Part shown: piece by piece, positions 1-21,145 of the stretch | Position numbering within the stretch: position 1 is the first letter of the stretch | Layout: every line of letters begins with the position of its first letter | Source: the human T2T-CHM13v2.0 reference genome, Homo sapiens | Direction: 5' to 3' (one strand) | Assembly (NCBI RefSeq): GCF_009914755.1 | Contig: NC_060947.1 | Length of the DNA: 64,000 nt | Position numbers and translations under genes: made by a program | The notes under the pieces: generated by a model | Told to the model about the DNA's origin: nothing | Seen by the model: only the letters and a program-made list of their open reading frames with translations | Databases searched by the model: none

Positions 1-169
1 TTTCCATCTAGAGGCTCAAGGAAGTACAAAGAGCATGAATCAGGAATCAGGAGGCCAGATTTTGGGTCTCAGCTCTGCACAGTCTTCCTACAGCCTTCTT
101 TGAGGTCCTTTAGCCCAGACACACCCGTCCTAGAAGATTAAATAGAAATTATGTAGTCTTTGAAGCCAA

Positions 170-580
170 TGAGATAGAATTTATTCGTTTACAAATATTT
201 ATTAAATTTCTACTATGCACCAGCAAATTTTCTGGGCACTGGGAATATAATGGTGACCAAGACAGATGTAGTCTCTACTTTCCTGGAGCTGACATGCACC
301 CACTGAGATCTGCCAAGTACCTCATCTTCCTGAGCCTTGATTTTCTCCTTTGTATAATGAAGCTAAATAATCCCTTCCTCACAGTGTTGTTAGGAGGATT
401 AGAGATAATGATGACTGCCATTCATCAAGGGCCAGGTGCTATGAAGTAGGTATTGTTATCCCCATCCTACAGATGAGGAAACTGAAGCTCAGGGAAGTGT
501 AAACTTACTCAAGTCACATGGCTAGTAAGTGGCAGGACCAGAACTCAAACCCAGGTCTGTCTGACTGCCGTACAATTCTG
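170..580. mobile_element. L2 3' fragment followed by MIR fragments
   Basis: aaatatttattaaat...gggcactgggaatata (L2 end); cccatcctacagatgaggaaactgaagctcag (MIR core). Confidence 0.7.
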
Positions 581-1054
581 CCTGTAAGAGTCTCAGATGG
601 TGCTCCCCATGTAGTAAGGCATTCAGGAAATGGGTTTGTTCCCCAAGCCATGGGTCTTGCTGGGGGACAACCGGAGTCTAGACGCTGGGGACTTAAGAAT
701 TGGGATGCATCAGGAAACTCACTCCAGGCTGGGGGCTGGCTTGGCCTCACCCATCCACCCGGGAGACAGGGTCTGACATGGAGTTGGTGCAGAGCAGTGA
801 CTGGAAGGCTCGTCTGGGCTCAAAACCACACGCACCCCATTCATGTTTTGTGGATCAACTGGGCTGACACTGACTTTGTGTCTCACTTTTTTTGGTTTGT
901 AAAATATGATCTCTTCCAGTTCTGAAGTAGGTTTAAGCTGTTGGTTCTGATTCCTAAATAGCTCTAGAATCCATCCCCTCCTCCTTGCCATCTTCCACTC
1001 CTCCTGTGAGCCTTTTACTGTCTCTAGCCTGGACTCTTAAAAGAGCCTCCTCAA

Positions 1055-2160
<1,106 letters not shown>

Positions 2161-2604
2161 TAGCCCAATTTGTTATCTGGTCTTACTTTAGCTGCTGCTG
2201 AGGCCAGCGTGACAAATCTGTTGGCAACAGAGTAACAGGGAGTGGCTGGGGAGACCCGCCTGTCTCCACGCGGTGCCATGTGCTGTGCCCACCGCTGGAG
2301 CTCCAGCTCCCATTCCTTTCTTACGGTGCCACTAACACATTGCATTCTCTCGCATCTCCAGGCCTTTTCATGCGCTGCTCCCTCCCTCCCTTCTCTATCA
2401 GGCTAAGTCCTACTCGCCCTTCAAGACTACTCCACTAAAAGGAGCGGCTCCAGAAAATGGTGCCTGACCCCACCCACACACCCCAAGTTGGGTTTTCCCC
2501 TCCTCTGTGTTCCCACATACCCAGGGCTTCCTTCTGGGCCTGCACTTATTTTATCATCTTCACATTATCCCCACCAGGCTCTGTCCACTCCTGAAACTCT
2601 TATC

Positions 2605-2808
2605 CTACACTGTCTGACGTGGCAGCTACTTACCCACATGTGCTTATTTATTTACATTTACATTGAATAAAATGAAAAGTGCAGTTCCTTAGTTGCACTA
2701 GCCATGTTTCGAGTGCTCAGTAGCCACATGTGGCTAGTGGTTACCGTACTGAACAGCACAGGTATGGGACATTTTGCTTATCACAGACAGACCTATTGGA
2801 CAGCACTA
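2605..2808. mobile_element. MER3/MER33-like hAT-Charlie MITE
   Basis: gtgctcagtagccacatgtggctagtgg core; ends cactgtctga...ttggacagcact. Confidence 0.75.
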
Positions 2809-2850
2809 GAGAACAAACATAAGAACTCTGAGATGCTAGGACCTTTGTCC

Positions 2851-2969
2851 TTTGTTTTTGTTTGTTTGTTTGTTTTTGAGACAGAGTCTTGCTCTGTCAC
2901 CCAGGCTGGAGTGCAGTGGCGCGAGCTCGCTCAGCTCACTGCAACCTCCGCCTCTCGGGTTCAAGCAGT
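2851..2969 (-). mobile_element. Truncated Alu right arm
   Basis: ttttgagacagagtcttgctctgtcacccaggctggagtgcagtggc...ttcaagcagttct. Confidence 0.9.
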
Positions 2970-5139
2970 TCTGTTCTTTGTTATGTGTTGTCTGTCCCCA
3001 TCTGCATCCCCAGAGGGATTGGCAGCAGCACCTTTGATGTAAGAATAGTCAGTGGGCTTGCTGTCTTTGGGTCCTCAGAGAAATGGGGAGGTGAGGAGAT
3101 GAACTACCCCCTCCACAGTCTGGACAGTGCATTTCTGGAGGGGTGGAGGGAGTGAGGAGCATGGACAGCCCAGCGCTGGGACTGCAATGAGGACTGGAGG
3201 AGAAGAACGTAGGAAACAGTTGAAGGAAGCATGAGGAGCTCCCAGAGGGGCCCGGAAACTTGGTACACAGGTTGCATCAATCAATAAATCAACCAATGCA
3301 AAGATATCTAACTCTGAGACTTAGAACCATTCATTCATTCATTCATTTGATCAACAAAATTTTAGTGCCATCTGTGCTGTGCCAGGCACTATATGGGGCA
3401 ATGTTCTGGATGGAGATGATTCAGACCAGTGTCACTCCCAAGCCACTTAAGGCCTGGTGGGGAAGGATCTCAGAGTATGTGATGAAGGGCACATTTTGTG
3501 AAGGATGGGTTCTTCAAGCCCATCTTGCAAGGGTTGGGAAAACCTTCATCAGGGATGTTGGGGGGAGTATTGTGGCAGGGGGGAAAGCCACAAGTAAAAT
3601 GCTGAGTTTGGAAAGTACACAGAGGCATTTTTGGGGAATAGTAAGTGGATGGCCAATGTGTGGGTGAGGAATGAGAGTTAGGACCACAGAGATTGGCTGG
3701 GCCACCTTGTGGAACACCTCCCATGTCAAGATAAGGGGTTTCTGTAGGTGGCTTACTGTGTGTCTGGCATGAGGTAGGCACTTCACATGCATCTGTTAAC
3801 TGTCCTGCAAGGTTGTTATCCCCATCTTACAGGTGGAAGGCCAGGCTCTGAAGGGCTAGGTGACTTGCCAAATGCAGCACAGGCAAGTCACCGAGCCAGG
3901 ATTTGAGCGCTAAAAGCTGAGCTTTGGAAAAATGCAACCAGAATCAAGTTGAAGGTGGGGAAATGATCGTGCAGCTTGGTCCAGCAGGGAAGAAAACTAA
4001 AAAATGTTGATTGGACTTGATTCAGGACCCTGTGGGTCTAAGCTCTTCAAACCCTCAAGTCTGGTCCATGAGGCGGCATCAAATGCGTAGGTGGCCCCAG
4101 CTGCTGCTTTTGCTAGTTGTCTTCCCTGGGACACCTTTAAACATGCATACAAGGAAGAAAACAAAGAATTGGTCTGAGCTGCTAAGAGCGGGGCCATCCA
4201 AACCATTCCCTTTTAGAGGCCATTCCAGATTCTAGGAAGGCAGCAAAAACAGTAACTGAATGCTGCTTCTGGGGACCCTGCTGACTCTAACCAAGAACCA
4301 TGGCTCAACCCCACTTCTCCTGCGCTAGGCTAAGATCCAGGACATAATCAGTGATGCTAGAAACACGTCCGTTTCGGAGGGAAGAGGTTTGGGAGGACTG
4401 GAAAGGGCCCTGGGGCTAGAAGTCAGGAAACCCCATCCTGACTTGCTGAGTGGCCTCGGGAGAGACTCTTCCCTTCTCTCAGCCTGTCCCCTTCTCTGTA
4501 AACGAAAGGGAGTCCAGCTCTTTGTTATCTGACATCCTAAGTGTATATGCAGAACTCTTAAAATGTATCTAGCCCTGTGCCTTCCAAATCACTCCCCTAC
4601 CCTCAAGGATAGAAATGTGGCCAGCCATTGTGGGGATGAGGAGGAGCTCCAAGGCCAGGCCAGGCCAGCCACATCCAGGGTGAGAGGAGATGCCCCAAGA
4701 GTGGAAGGAAGCATTCATCCTATGAAACGAAGACAAGGGAACTAACTTGCTCAGCTCTGTCCTGGCTCCTTGGCACCCATTACCCCTGGGAATCATCATA
4801 TCTCCATGTGGCAATGGCTTATCACCCCAAGTTTTACACTGAGGAAACTGAGACTCAGAGAGGGTGACTCTCCCGAATTCACATGCCTAGGAAGTGAAAA
4901 CCCCAGGATGTGAACTGGATCAACTCCAAAGCCCATACTCTTGCCACTCTGTCGCACAAACTGTGTATGAAATGAGATAGGAAAACCTCCCTCACTCCCA
5001 CCTCCCTCCAAGCAAAGCATCTCGTCCACCCAGGTGCCTGAATTTCTACCATTAGCGCATTGCCTCCCTGGGCTAAGGCCTCTCTCCATGGGCTCCACAG
5101 TGGGGAAGGGGCGCAGAAGTAGGAGGCAGAGGCAGGAGG

Positions 5140-6482
5140 TGAGCACAAGGTCTTTTATGAGGCATCAAATATACATTCTTATATACAAGGAGGAAAAAAG
5201 ACAATGCCTGAACCCCAGCTCCTCTCCATACAGCCCCTCCCACTGCCACCCTCCCCCGCCCCCAAGCCCCAGTGGCCCTGGCCCTTCGTACAGCCAGGGT
5301 CCATCTGTCTGTCTATACTGCAGCCCATGGTGGAGAGGGGAGAGGGAGGCAGGAGCTGAGTGAGGAGCTGGATATGCGGGGCAAGAAGAGGAGCTGGGGC
5401 TTGTAAAAAATATATTTATAATAAATAAACAGGGCTGCAAAAGGGCTGGAGAGGCAGCGGAGATTCTGACGGACAGAAGGACTCAGGCATTCTGGCTCCC
5501 AACCCCAGCTCTGATGGCTTCAATCTCTGCCTCAGGAAGGATATCTTGGGCTCATGGTGGCCCTTTGGGAGCCTCTCTCCCCAGGGCTGATGCTGGGTGC
5601 CCCTGCCCCAGCGAGGTGTGTGTGGGTGATATCTGTAAAGTGCATTGTCTTCAGTTGTAGGTGGGGTAGGTGTAAGGGAATGGCGGGGGGGCATGCAATA
5701 TGGGTGAGGGAGGGCAGTGCCCTTCTCATCCCAGACCTGAGCCCCCCCCAAAACCTGTCTGGACTTTGATCAGGATAAGAACGTTGCAGGGCGAGGCAAG
5801 TTCCTGAAGCCGAAGAGGTCTGGGCTGGGGCCTACTGGAGAAAGGGCATAGACTGGCTCGAGAGAGGAAGCACTGCCCCACGTGGGGCCAACACAAGCAG
5901 GGTCCCACCCACCAAGTGCATCAATGGTCCGTGTCCTCCAGCAGGCAAAAAGACACATGGAAGTGTGTGGCCAGGCCCTGAGGTCAGAGAGAGGGCCAAG
6001 CCAGCTGAAGTTTGGCCACAACTCTACAGAGCGCTCTCCTAGCCCCACACGGCCAGAGGAGCCCCAGGGAAGCCTTCACCCCGACAGCTCCGGACACCTG
6101 CCCTTCTCCGCCAGCCAGAGCTCACAGAGAGCTCACACAGGCCCAGAGGTCTGAGGCCACAGAGCTAGACCTCCAGGGAAAAGTGGGGAAGAAGAAGACG
6201 GGAGAAAGAGTACGAGGATCTCTGGAAGGCCCTCACCACTCCCCAGCGCTGGAGCACCCTGAGTCCAGGCTTCAAGTGGCAAGGATCCTCGAATCTGGAA
6301 GGAAACCCCATGGCAACTGCTGGGGGTGAGAGGACGGGTCCCAAGGCAGGGAGGACATGGGGAGGAGGACATTGCTATGTGTATATATATTTTTGAAAAA
6401 ACCGAGGAAGCAAAGAGGGTGCAAGGTCCCTCTCCTGTGGCTCCCCAGACTTTCCTGTTCCCCAGCTCACTCTCTCCATTCA
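5140..6482 (-). other. IQSEC2: IQSEC2 3' UTR (~1.3 kb)
   Basis: Follows tandem stops TGA TGA at 6480-6485; unique sequence with an AU-rich block at ~5403-5430; ends just after CATAAA at 5154-5159. Confidence 0.75.
5154..5159 (-). promoter_or_regulatory. Variant polyadenylation signal CATAAA
   Basis: Minus strand reads gtatataagaaTGTAtatttgatgcctCATAAAagaccttgtgctc: upstream UGUA and U-rich element. I found no minus-strand AATAAA in the UTR. Confidence 0.6.
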
Positions 6483-7640
<1,158 letters not shown>

Positions 7641-7809
7641 TCAGCTGAGCCTCAGCTGGGAGAGGAGAAATTAGCAGTACCTCCTCCTCATCCCCATTTT
7701 GCAGGCAGGGAAAAGGTTAGGCCCAGAGAGGCAGAGTGACTCGCCCAGGGTCAAAGAGCAGGACTTGGAGGTAAGAGCTTCTCGTGGCCCAACTCCAAGG
7801 GCATCCCTA

Positions 7810-8826
<1,017 letters not shown>

Positions 8827-10403
8827 CTAGCCCTCCATGGGCCATTCTCCTTCCTCCTCCCTCCTCCCTCCCTCTGTCCCCAGGCTTCGTGTTTTGCCCC
8901 TTGGACGACCAGCCCTCGTCTCCCCCAAAACTGCAGCTCCATCACCGAAGCACCCTTAGTGCCCAGCTCCTGTCTTGCACCCTCCCTTCCTGCTCAGCCT
9001 TCCCTTCATCCCTCTTGGTGCCTGCTCTCCCTGTTCCCTTTCCCTTCCTTTCACCCTTCTGACTTCTCCCCTCCCATGCCCTCTTGCAATCAGGTCTCCC
9101 AAAGCACCCCTGCCCTTCAAAAAAGAGCTTCATGGCAGATGGTTCACAGTAAGGATGGTAAGGCCCTTCTAGCCTATGGCAAAGGGCAATCTTTCCAGAG
9201 TTCAGTCAGTTCTCAGATACCTTGCTCCGGAGCAGAGGGGCTCCTGGAAGGGCAGGAGCAGGAAACTGACAGGAATCAAATCCTCTTATTATGTGCCAGG
9301 CAGTATGCTGGGCGCTACACATACTTGATCTCTCTCAGTCCTCACAACAGTTCTGAGGTCAGTATTAGCATCCACATTGTGCAGAGGAAGAAACTGAGTA
9401 TCCGAGAAGTCTTAGAGCTTGCCCAGGGTCATACAGCTGGAAATGGCAGAGCCGACATTCTGGAAGCAGGTCTGCCTGATTCCAGAGCTTGGGTGCTTCC
9501 GGCCTCCTACAGCCCCACCTCCCCACGGAGCTCATAGAAACACGTGTCTACTGGCCTCCCCTCGTCTTGGGCTACTAATCCCTCTCTCAGGATTTCCCCA
9601 GGGTCTCAAAGGATCTGGTGAACTGAAATTTCTATCCCTGCCTCGCTGAGAAGTAGAGTGGCCCTGGAGCTGTGAAGGCCTCACCAAGGAGCTGTCCGCC
9701 GCCTCGTCTCTGTCTGCCTGCCTCTTTCTCCTTAACACCATGTTACTTAACTGTGACTGCTTAGCCTGGAGAAGAGAAAACTTGGAGGGCATCGGGAGGA
9801 ATGAGATGTAATCACTATTTTCCATTATATATATATGATCAAAATGACTTGGTGTGGCCCCTGGGGGCTGAGAGGATAGCCCACTGGGATTCAGCTCAGG
9901 AATTGATATGTGGGCAGAGGAGGAGAGAGGGTGGGACAGGAAATACGGATTTTTTGAATGCCTAAGATGTGTTGGGACATTTCGGCTACCTTGTCTCATT
10001 TCATCTCCATGACTCTGTGAAGGAGACTTCATTACCCCAATTTCGTATAGGAAGAAACTGGGGCTTGGCAGGTTAGGCAATTTGCTGCAGTTCACCCAGA
10101 TAATGAGTAGTATACCTGGGATCTAAAACTATAGTCCTACCTCCAATACTCTGATTCTTCTCCCTGATACCTTTCACTAGAAGGAATAGTTGGCTCATAA
10201 TTAGAGTTCAGGATAATAATGGGGTTGGGAGGTAATGAGCCCCTTGTCACTGAAGGTATTCAAGCAGAGGCTGAAGAATTCTTGAAATGAGGATGGGAAG
10301 GTTGGACAAGCTAACCCTCAACTCTGAGATTCTCTGAGGATAGGATTCTTGGTTTCTGCAGGGTACTGTTTCAGGAGAGCAGGGAGGAGACATGGCTGGG
10401 CTA

Positions 10404-10622
<219 letters not shown>

Positions 10623-10639
10623 TCATACATAAAATAATT

Positions 10640-11001
<362 letters not shown>

Positions 11002-11273
11002 TAGCAGCTCCCCTTTGCCCCAAAGCCCTCAAACTCCTGGTAGCTGTGGCCCTCTTACTCCCTGTACTGCAGGATGTAAAGGCACACAACTATGCACTGC
11101 TCTCTCGAAACCCTTTCCTTCTCACCTCTGCCTCAACTCACATTGCTTCTGCTGCCAGGAATACCACGCAACAAAGCTCCTCCTGGTTCATCCTTCAGAG
11201 CACAGCATGATCACCGTCTCTTTGGCCCACCAGAGAACACATGCACTGTGGTTCTCTGCAAGACCATGAGCTA

Positions 11274-11621
<348 letters not shown>

Positions 11622-12483
11622 CTATTTCTGGTAACCACCCTCCCCTCCCACCCCATTAACAGACACACACACACAAACACACATGCCCACAAGCTGGGGA
11701 GAATGGAAGCTTGAGGGACAGAATGGGAGACATGGAAGAAAACGCAAGTTCCTGATGTAATGACCACGCACCACAGACATTTACCACATTTCCAGAAACT
11801 AACTGAATCCTGCTTCCTCCAGGAAGCCTGCTCCAACATCCCACAGAGATTTGTAAACCCCTTTTCTGAGCTCCAGAATGGTGATTCAGTGCCTTTCCCT
11901 TGTCAGGCACTATGCTAGTCCTCTGAGTGTGTGATCGCCCCCTGCTGCACTGGAGGGCAGGAGTCTGGTTGTCGGGTTCTGTCACCAGGCCTTACCAGAG
12001 CCTGCACTTAATGGCAATCTCTGCTGAACCCATGTAGAGAGTTAATAAGTCTTCCTCTCAACAACCCAATATCTTTGTCGAGTACTTGGGCACTCTGGAC
12101 TCAACTAACACAGGCTGCAAACACCTCAGGCGGTCTGCAAGTGGCTCGTAAAAGGAAATGTTTTGATTTCAGGATGGCACAATGACGCAAAGCACTTTTT
12201 TAGGTCCTTTGGGCTGTGAGCTCCCTGAGAACAGGGACTAAGTCTGATTCATCCTGGCATACCCAGTGCCTAGCATAGAGCTGGACATACACCAGTTTCA
12301 GTACCTGAGGGATGTCTACACATTGACTGTGTGGGCCAGGTACTCCCTGGGGTAGGGCAGATTCCACATATAACCTCTTATTTCATTTCATCCTCATGAC
12401 AATCCTGTGAAGTAGGGGTTAGTTCCATTTCACAGAGGAGGAAACTAAGGCTCAGAGGGAGCATGGAAATACTTCGGCTAAAG

Positions 12484-12682
12484 CAGCAATGCTCAACTGG
12501 GGGTGATATTGCCCCCAGAGGACACGGAGCAACATCTGGAGACATTTTTGGTTGAAGGGTTGCTACTAGCACCTAGTAGGTAGAGACCAGGGTGCTGCTA
12601 AACATCCTACAGTGCACAGGACAGTCCCCGCAAAGAATTATCCAGCCCCAAATGTCAACAGTGATGAGACTGAGAAACCCTG
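12484..12682. mobile_element. MER20 (hAT-Charlie MITE)
   Basis: ctcaactgggggtgatattgcccccag...tggagacatttttggttg...tgagaaaccctg. Confidence 0.85.
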
Positions 12683-13009
12683 CTCTAAAGGAGAGAAGAC
12701 CACAGGGAGAACAGGATCAAGAGAGTCCTCAAATCCCTGGAGAGCTGTCTTGGAGCAGAGGTACAACACTTGTTCTTTGTGATGCCAAGGGTTGAGTGCA
12801 GATGGCTGGAAGAAACCCACAGGGAGACAAATTCTAGCAGTCAGAGCTGCCTAACAAGGCAACTGGCTGCCTTAGAGGAAGGCGGCTTTCTGTCCCTGCA
12901 GTCATACATCCAGTGGGCCATCTAGGAAGCTGGACCCTGAAAGTCCCTTCCAACCTGCAAAGTCCTAAGAGTCCCATCCCTAAAAGACAAACATCTCTAC
13001 TTGTAATGA

Positions 13010-13671
<662 letters not shown>

Positions 13672-14044
13672 CACTTCAAGCATCTTGATTACTGAAGATT
13701 TCCAGACTGACCTGGGGGGTCGCAGGTTCACCCCTCTTCACACAACCCTATGGGCTATTGAGGTGGACAGGGATATTTCCTACCACTTCCCAGGTTGTAA
13801 GTCTGTCATCTCCTTTGGTCCTCATATTTTCTGTCCCTGTGTGTCTGTTACTACCTCCAAATGCATCTGTGAGGAAAAGGAGGGGCAGAGAAGGCCTGGG
13901 CCTTGCCTGAGACCATGCAGATGGCATGGCAGAACACCTCGCCCGCCACACTCCACACACCACACACCTACATCAATATGGTTCACACCAGACTTAGGTG
14001 TCAAGCTCACTCTCTCCCTCCCATCTCCTCCCCCACAGTGCTCA

Positions 14045-14173
<129 letters not shown>

Positions 14174-14415
14174 CTAGACAGGCATGAAGAAACAGGTGTC
14201 AGCAAGGCCAGCCCATCAGCTTCAGGCCGCCTGGCACCTTAACTTTCAACCGCAAGAAGTTTACCACTCATACATGTGTGTCACTCTGACACAAGGGGTA
14301 TCAGCAACTAAGACCTAAACTTATCTGCTACCTTGCCTTTGCCCTTCTGTCTGGAATGTCTTTCTTGCCCAGCTCTGCATGGTCATATTTCAACTCCCTT
14401 TCAAATTTCCATCCC

Positions 14416-14847
<432 letters not shown>

Positions 14848-14885
14848 TCACACCCCGACTGGTCTGTGAGTGCCCCCAAGGATAG

Positions 14886-15299
<414 letters not shown>

Positions 15300-15593
15300 T
15301 AAAGTGTGTTCTTACTTTGGTTTTCTGCTAACCATTAGCTTGGCTCTTCACTTAGGATGGACAGGCAAAGCCGGAGGTGAAAAGGATGCTAATATTTATA
15401 TAGTACCCACTATGGGCCTTGGAATGTGCTCGATGCATTCACTCTGCACCACAGCCTTCTGAGGAATGCATTATCACCCACTCTGTATTGCAGGTAAAGG
15501 GCACCTGGGGCTCAGGGAGGTGCAGTGACTTACCACTTAGTGGCAGAGGCAGACCTGAACCCTGGCCCCTCTGCAGCCTCCCAAGGCACTTAC

Positions 15594-15733
15594 TGGTTTC
15601 TTTCCAACAATCATGCGCTCCACAGCCTGCACCTGGGACACATGGTCATCGTTGGTCCGCAGTTCACGCCCCTGGATGCGCTGGTAGATGCCCACCAGGA
15701 GGTCTCGGGGGATGTCTTCACCATTGTCAACCC
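15594..15733 (-). CDS. IQSEC2: IQSEC2 exon 9 (140 nt), Sec7 end
   Basis: ccccag|GGGTTG ... AAACCA|gtaagt; [46 protein letters not shown]. Confidence 0.96.
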
Positions 15734-15959
15734 CTGGGGGAGGGAGTAACACAGGGATATGTCACATAATTATGGGCACTGGGTGGTAGGGGTGCTCCAC
15801 CACCCCCACACCCAGGCACGGGCCACGATAGTCAGGACTGAGGGTCAATGGGTACCCTCGGCCCCTTAGCCAGGATTGGGGCAGGGAGGGTGTCCTTCAG
15901 TACAACAGCCAGTTGCTATCTTCCCCAGAGTGGGGAATTTTTTCTCAACAACTCAGAAT

Positions 15960-17170
<1,211 letters not shown>

Positions 17171-17197
17171 ATTTATTTAATAATTAGAGGGGGAAGT

Positions 17198-17252
17198 TAC
17201 ACATACACACACACACACCCACACACACACACACATATATTGAGAGAGAGAG
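17198..17252. repeat. (CA)n/(GA)n microsatellite
   Basis: Direct reading. Confidence 0.9.
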
Positions 17253-17419
17253 GGGAAAAGAATGGATGAATGAATGATGGCAAAATTCTAGGAGACAGCT
17301 CCAAATGGCCTCTGATCTAACTCCCTCCTCCCATGTTCACCATCCTTCTCCACTTCTGATTGCTGAGTGAAACCCACTCACTCTTCTCTCTAAATCCTCT
17401 ACTAGAGAAAATGTTTTCT

Positions 17420-17744
17420 GGGCAGGACGTGGAGGCTCACACCTGTAATCCCAGCACTTTGGGAGGCCGAGTTGAGGCAAGGAGTTTGAGACCAGCCTGG
17501 GCAACCTAGCAAGACCCTGTCTCTACAAAAAATTTAGAAATTAGTTGGGCATGGTGGCACGCGCCTATAGTCCCAGCTACTTAGGAGGCTGAGGTGGGAG
17601 GATCGCTTGAGCCCAGGAGTTCAAGGCTGCAGTGAGCTCTGCTAGCACCACTGCAATCCAGCCTGGGTGAGAGAGTGAGACCCTGTCTCTAAAAATAAAA
17701 AAAAAAAAAAACAAATAAAATAAAAAAACAGAAAACAAAAAAAA
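17420..17744 (+). mobile_element. Alu (J-like)
   Basis: Alu with long mixed A-tail; TSD-like aaaatgttttct. Confidence 0.93.
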
Positions 17745-17994
17745 TGTTTTCTTCCTTGGAAATGTCACATCTCCTCCTTGGACAGGTGCTAAAGGAACAT
17801 ACTACATCGCACTGACTTTCTTACCAGAGCAGCCACAGCGGCACAAACCTGATGGGCAGCCAATTTGTCTTGTGTTCAGTTTGCTTTTTTTCTTTGACTC
17901 TATTTCCCTCTTTCTTTTCTGCTTAAATAATCTTAACATCTGTACCATTTTTAGTAGCTGCTCTTTGGTGATAGGCAGGGCTCGACATCAGTAG

Positions 17995-18425
<431 letters not shown>

Positions 18426-18983
18426 TCAATTGTTCCCTAAAGAAAATAAATGTTCCTGCCTCTGCGCCTTTGGTATTCTCATTGCTAGGTAAGCCCTCCT
18501 CTATCTCTATTGTGTCACCTTCTCCATGCCTTCAAGACCCACCTTAAAATAAAAATACTACCTCCTCCAGGAAGCTAGCTAGAGGTGGGCTCTCCCTCCT
18601 TTGAGCTCTGACTGCACTTTTGGCCTCTCTGATGTCACTGTTCACTTTCTGTCTTATGTTAGTTATCTGGGTGCTACAAGTCAGCCTCTCCCACACACAG
18701 GGAGCTCTCTCAGAACAGGGAGTATGGCAGATTCCCCTCCATTGTCCTTGGCACCCATCATGGGGCTTGGCACACACTAAGCGCTAAGTGTTGACTGGCT
18801 GGCTGGTTGTTTGGTCGAGTGATAAATGAATGCATGAATAGAGGAAAAGGTACCTAAAATAATTAAATGAGTCCTCATGGGCATAAATAAGAGAGGGAAA
18901 GAAGGAGCGAGGAAAGGACAAGTGAATTACTGAATGAATGAATGAATGAATCAGAGTAAAGCCTTGTAAGAGTCAGGACTTTA

Positions 18984-19415
<432 letters not shown>

Positions 19416-19589
19416 TCAAAGCCAGACTCAGGAACCAGCCATCTCTGCCTACCCACCATCCACCCAGTCTGGCACCAGCAACCCTTTCCTGCAAGAAATA
19501 CTTTCTTGATCTCTGGGTCTGTCCTCTTCAGAGCTTCCCCTAGACCAGCATGTAAAAATCACAATCGCTACCTTTTACAGAGCTCTTCC

Positions 19590-20310
19590 AGGGGATTTAT
19601 GTACGTTGTTTCACGTAATCCTATCATAATCCTGCAAGGTAGCTATTGGCAGTCCCATTTTACAGATGAAGTGACTAAGACTCAAAGTGGCGAGGTAACT
19701 TGCCCAAGGTAATAGAGCTGGTAAATGGTGAAGCCAGGATGAAAACCCAGTTATTTCTGACTGCAAAGCAAATCCTTCCCCCATTGTGGGAAACAAGTTC
19801 TCAGCAACTCCTGTTTCTCTTCTAAATACCCTAAAGTGGCAGAGCCAGGATTTAGACCCCAGTCTATCTGATCTCCAAAGCATTTATAGTACAGTAAAAT
19901 GGTTAAGGGCATGGATGGATCATGGACTCAGACACATACGAGTTCAAATCCTGTTTCTACCACTTATTCACTGTATGAGCCTGGGCAAGTTACTTAACCT
20001 CTCTAAACTTCTGATTTCTCATCTGTAAAATGGGAATAATAACAGAAGTGCCTACTTTATGGGGTGGTTGTGATTATTCGGTGAAATAATCATGTAAAGT
20101 GCTCAGCTCTGCACCTGATACCTAGTAAGTGCTCCGTGAATGTTAGCTGTTATTGCTGATGTTGTTGTCACTTATCGAATGCCCATGTCCCAGAGGCTGA
20201 GCTAGATACTTTATATGCACTACCTCTGATCCTCACAATTGCCTTGCAAGATAGGATTTATCATCTCTGTTTTATGGTGAAGAAAGTATGAGGCTCAGAG
20301 AAGTGACTTA
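19590..20310. mobile_element. Cluster of MIR elements
   Basis: cccattttacagatgaagtgactaagactca; ctcatctgtaaaatgggaataat. Confidence 0.8.
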
Positions 20311-20376
20311 TAAACACATACTACGTCGATGCCCACAGGAGGGAGGGGCAGCTTCGCGAGTGGGAGGTAGGCACAC

Positions 20377-20499
20377 CTGAAGGCTTCGATGAGTCGCTCC
20401 ACTTTCTGGGCCTCACCCTGAACCCGGATATGGGACTGGAACTTCCGGAGCGCATCATCCAGATCCATGGAGGAGAAGTCCATCTCATCCACCACACAG
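20377..20499 (-). CDS. IQSEC2: IQSEC2 exon 7 (123 nt), Sec7 motif 1 with catalytic glutamic finger
   Basis: ccttag|CTGTGT ... TTCAG|gtgtgc; [40 protein letters not shown]. Confidence 0.97.
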
Positions 20500-20983
20500 C
20501 TAAGGAGCAAAGAAGGAGGTGTGGCGCTTTCAATTCCTCTGCAGAAAACCTCTGACCCACCTGGACCTGCTCAAATGGACCAACACCCCCACTGATAGAC
20601 TCTCAAATTCAGGACCTGTGGCCCGAGCAAGTACACATGAGGACAGAATGTTTGAAATCAAATCCATCTCAGAAAATTGAGGCAAGGCACGTGGTCACTA
20701 AAGGTCCTTTCCATCAAGCCACTCATTTCAGAGACAGGAAAACTGAGGCCCAAAACAGGCTACAGGATGAGCATGTCTTGCCCAGGGCCACCCAGAAGAC
20801 TTTAGGAATAGAGCCAAACAAGATCAGACCCCTTTGGGGCAGAAGGGTACAGGGGCAGGAAGGTCTATTCATCCTGTTTTGAAAAGCTTATCTGAGCTAA
20901 AGGGACAGGCTGCCCCCTTCCTCCCTCTTGCTGTCCTTTTCCAGGAATCCCTGGCCCAGCCTGCCCCATCCTGGGGTCCTCAC

Positions 20984-21145
20984 TCCAACACGTCTCTGTT
21001 GAACTGCTTCTGCCGGTTCCCTAGGAATTCCCCTATCATCTGCCGGCTGAGGCCTTTCCGCTCCAGGATGAAGTGAGCCACTCCCACCGGTGTGTCTGAC
21101 AGGAAGCCCCGCTCGATCAGATACTGGATACCCTTCTCTGGCTTC
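20984..21145 (-). CDS. IQSEC2: IQSEC2 exon 6 (162 nt), Sec7
   Basis: ctgcag|GAAGCC ... TTGGA|gtgagg; [53 protein letters not shown]. Confidence 0.97.

Noticed and set aside
5416-5428. AATAAA hexamers near 5420
   Set aside because: They are on the + strand, antisense to IQSEC2; no plus-strand gene is evident.
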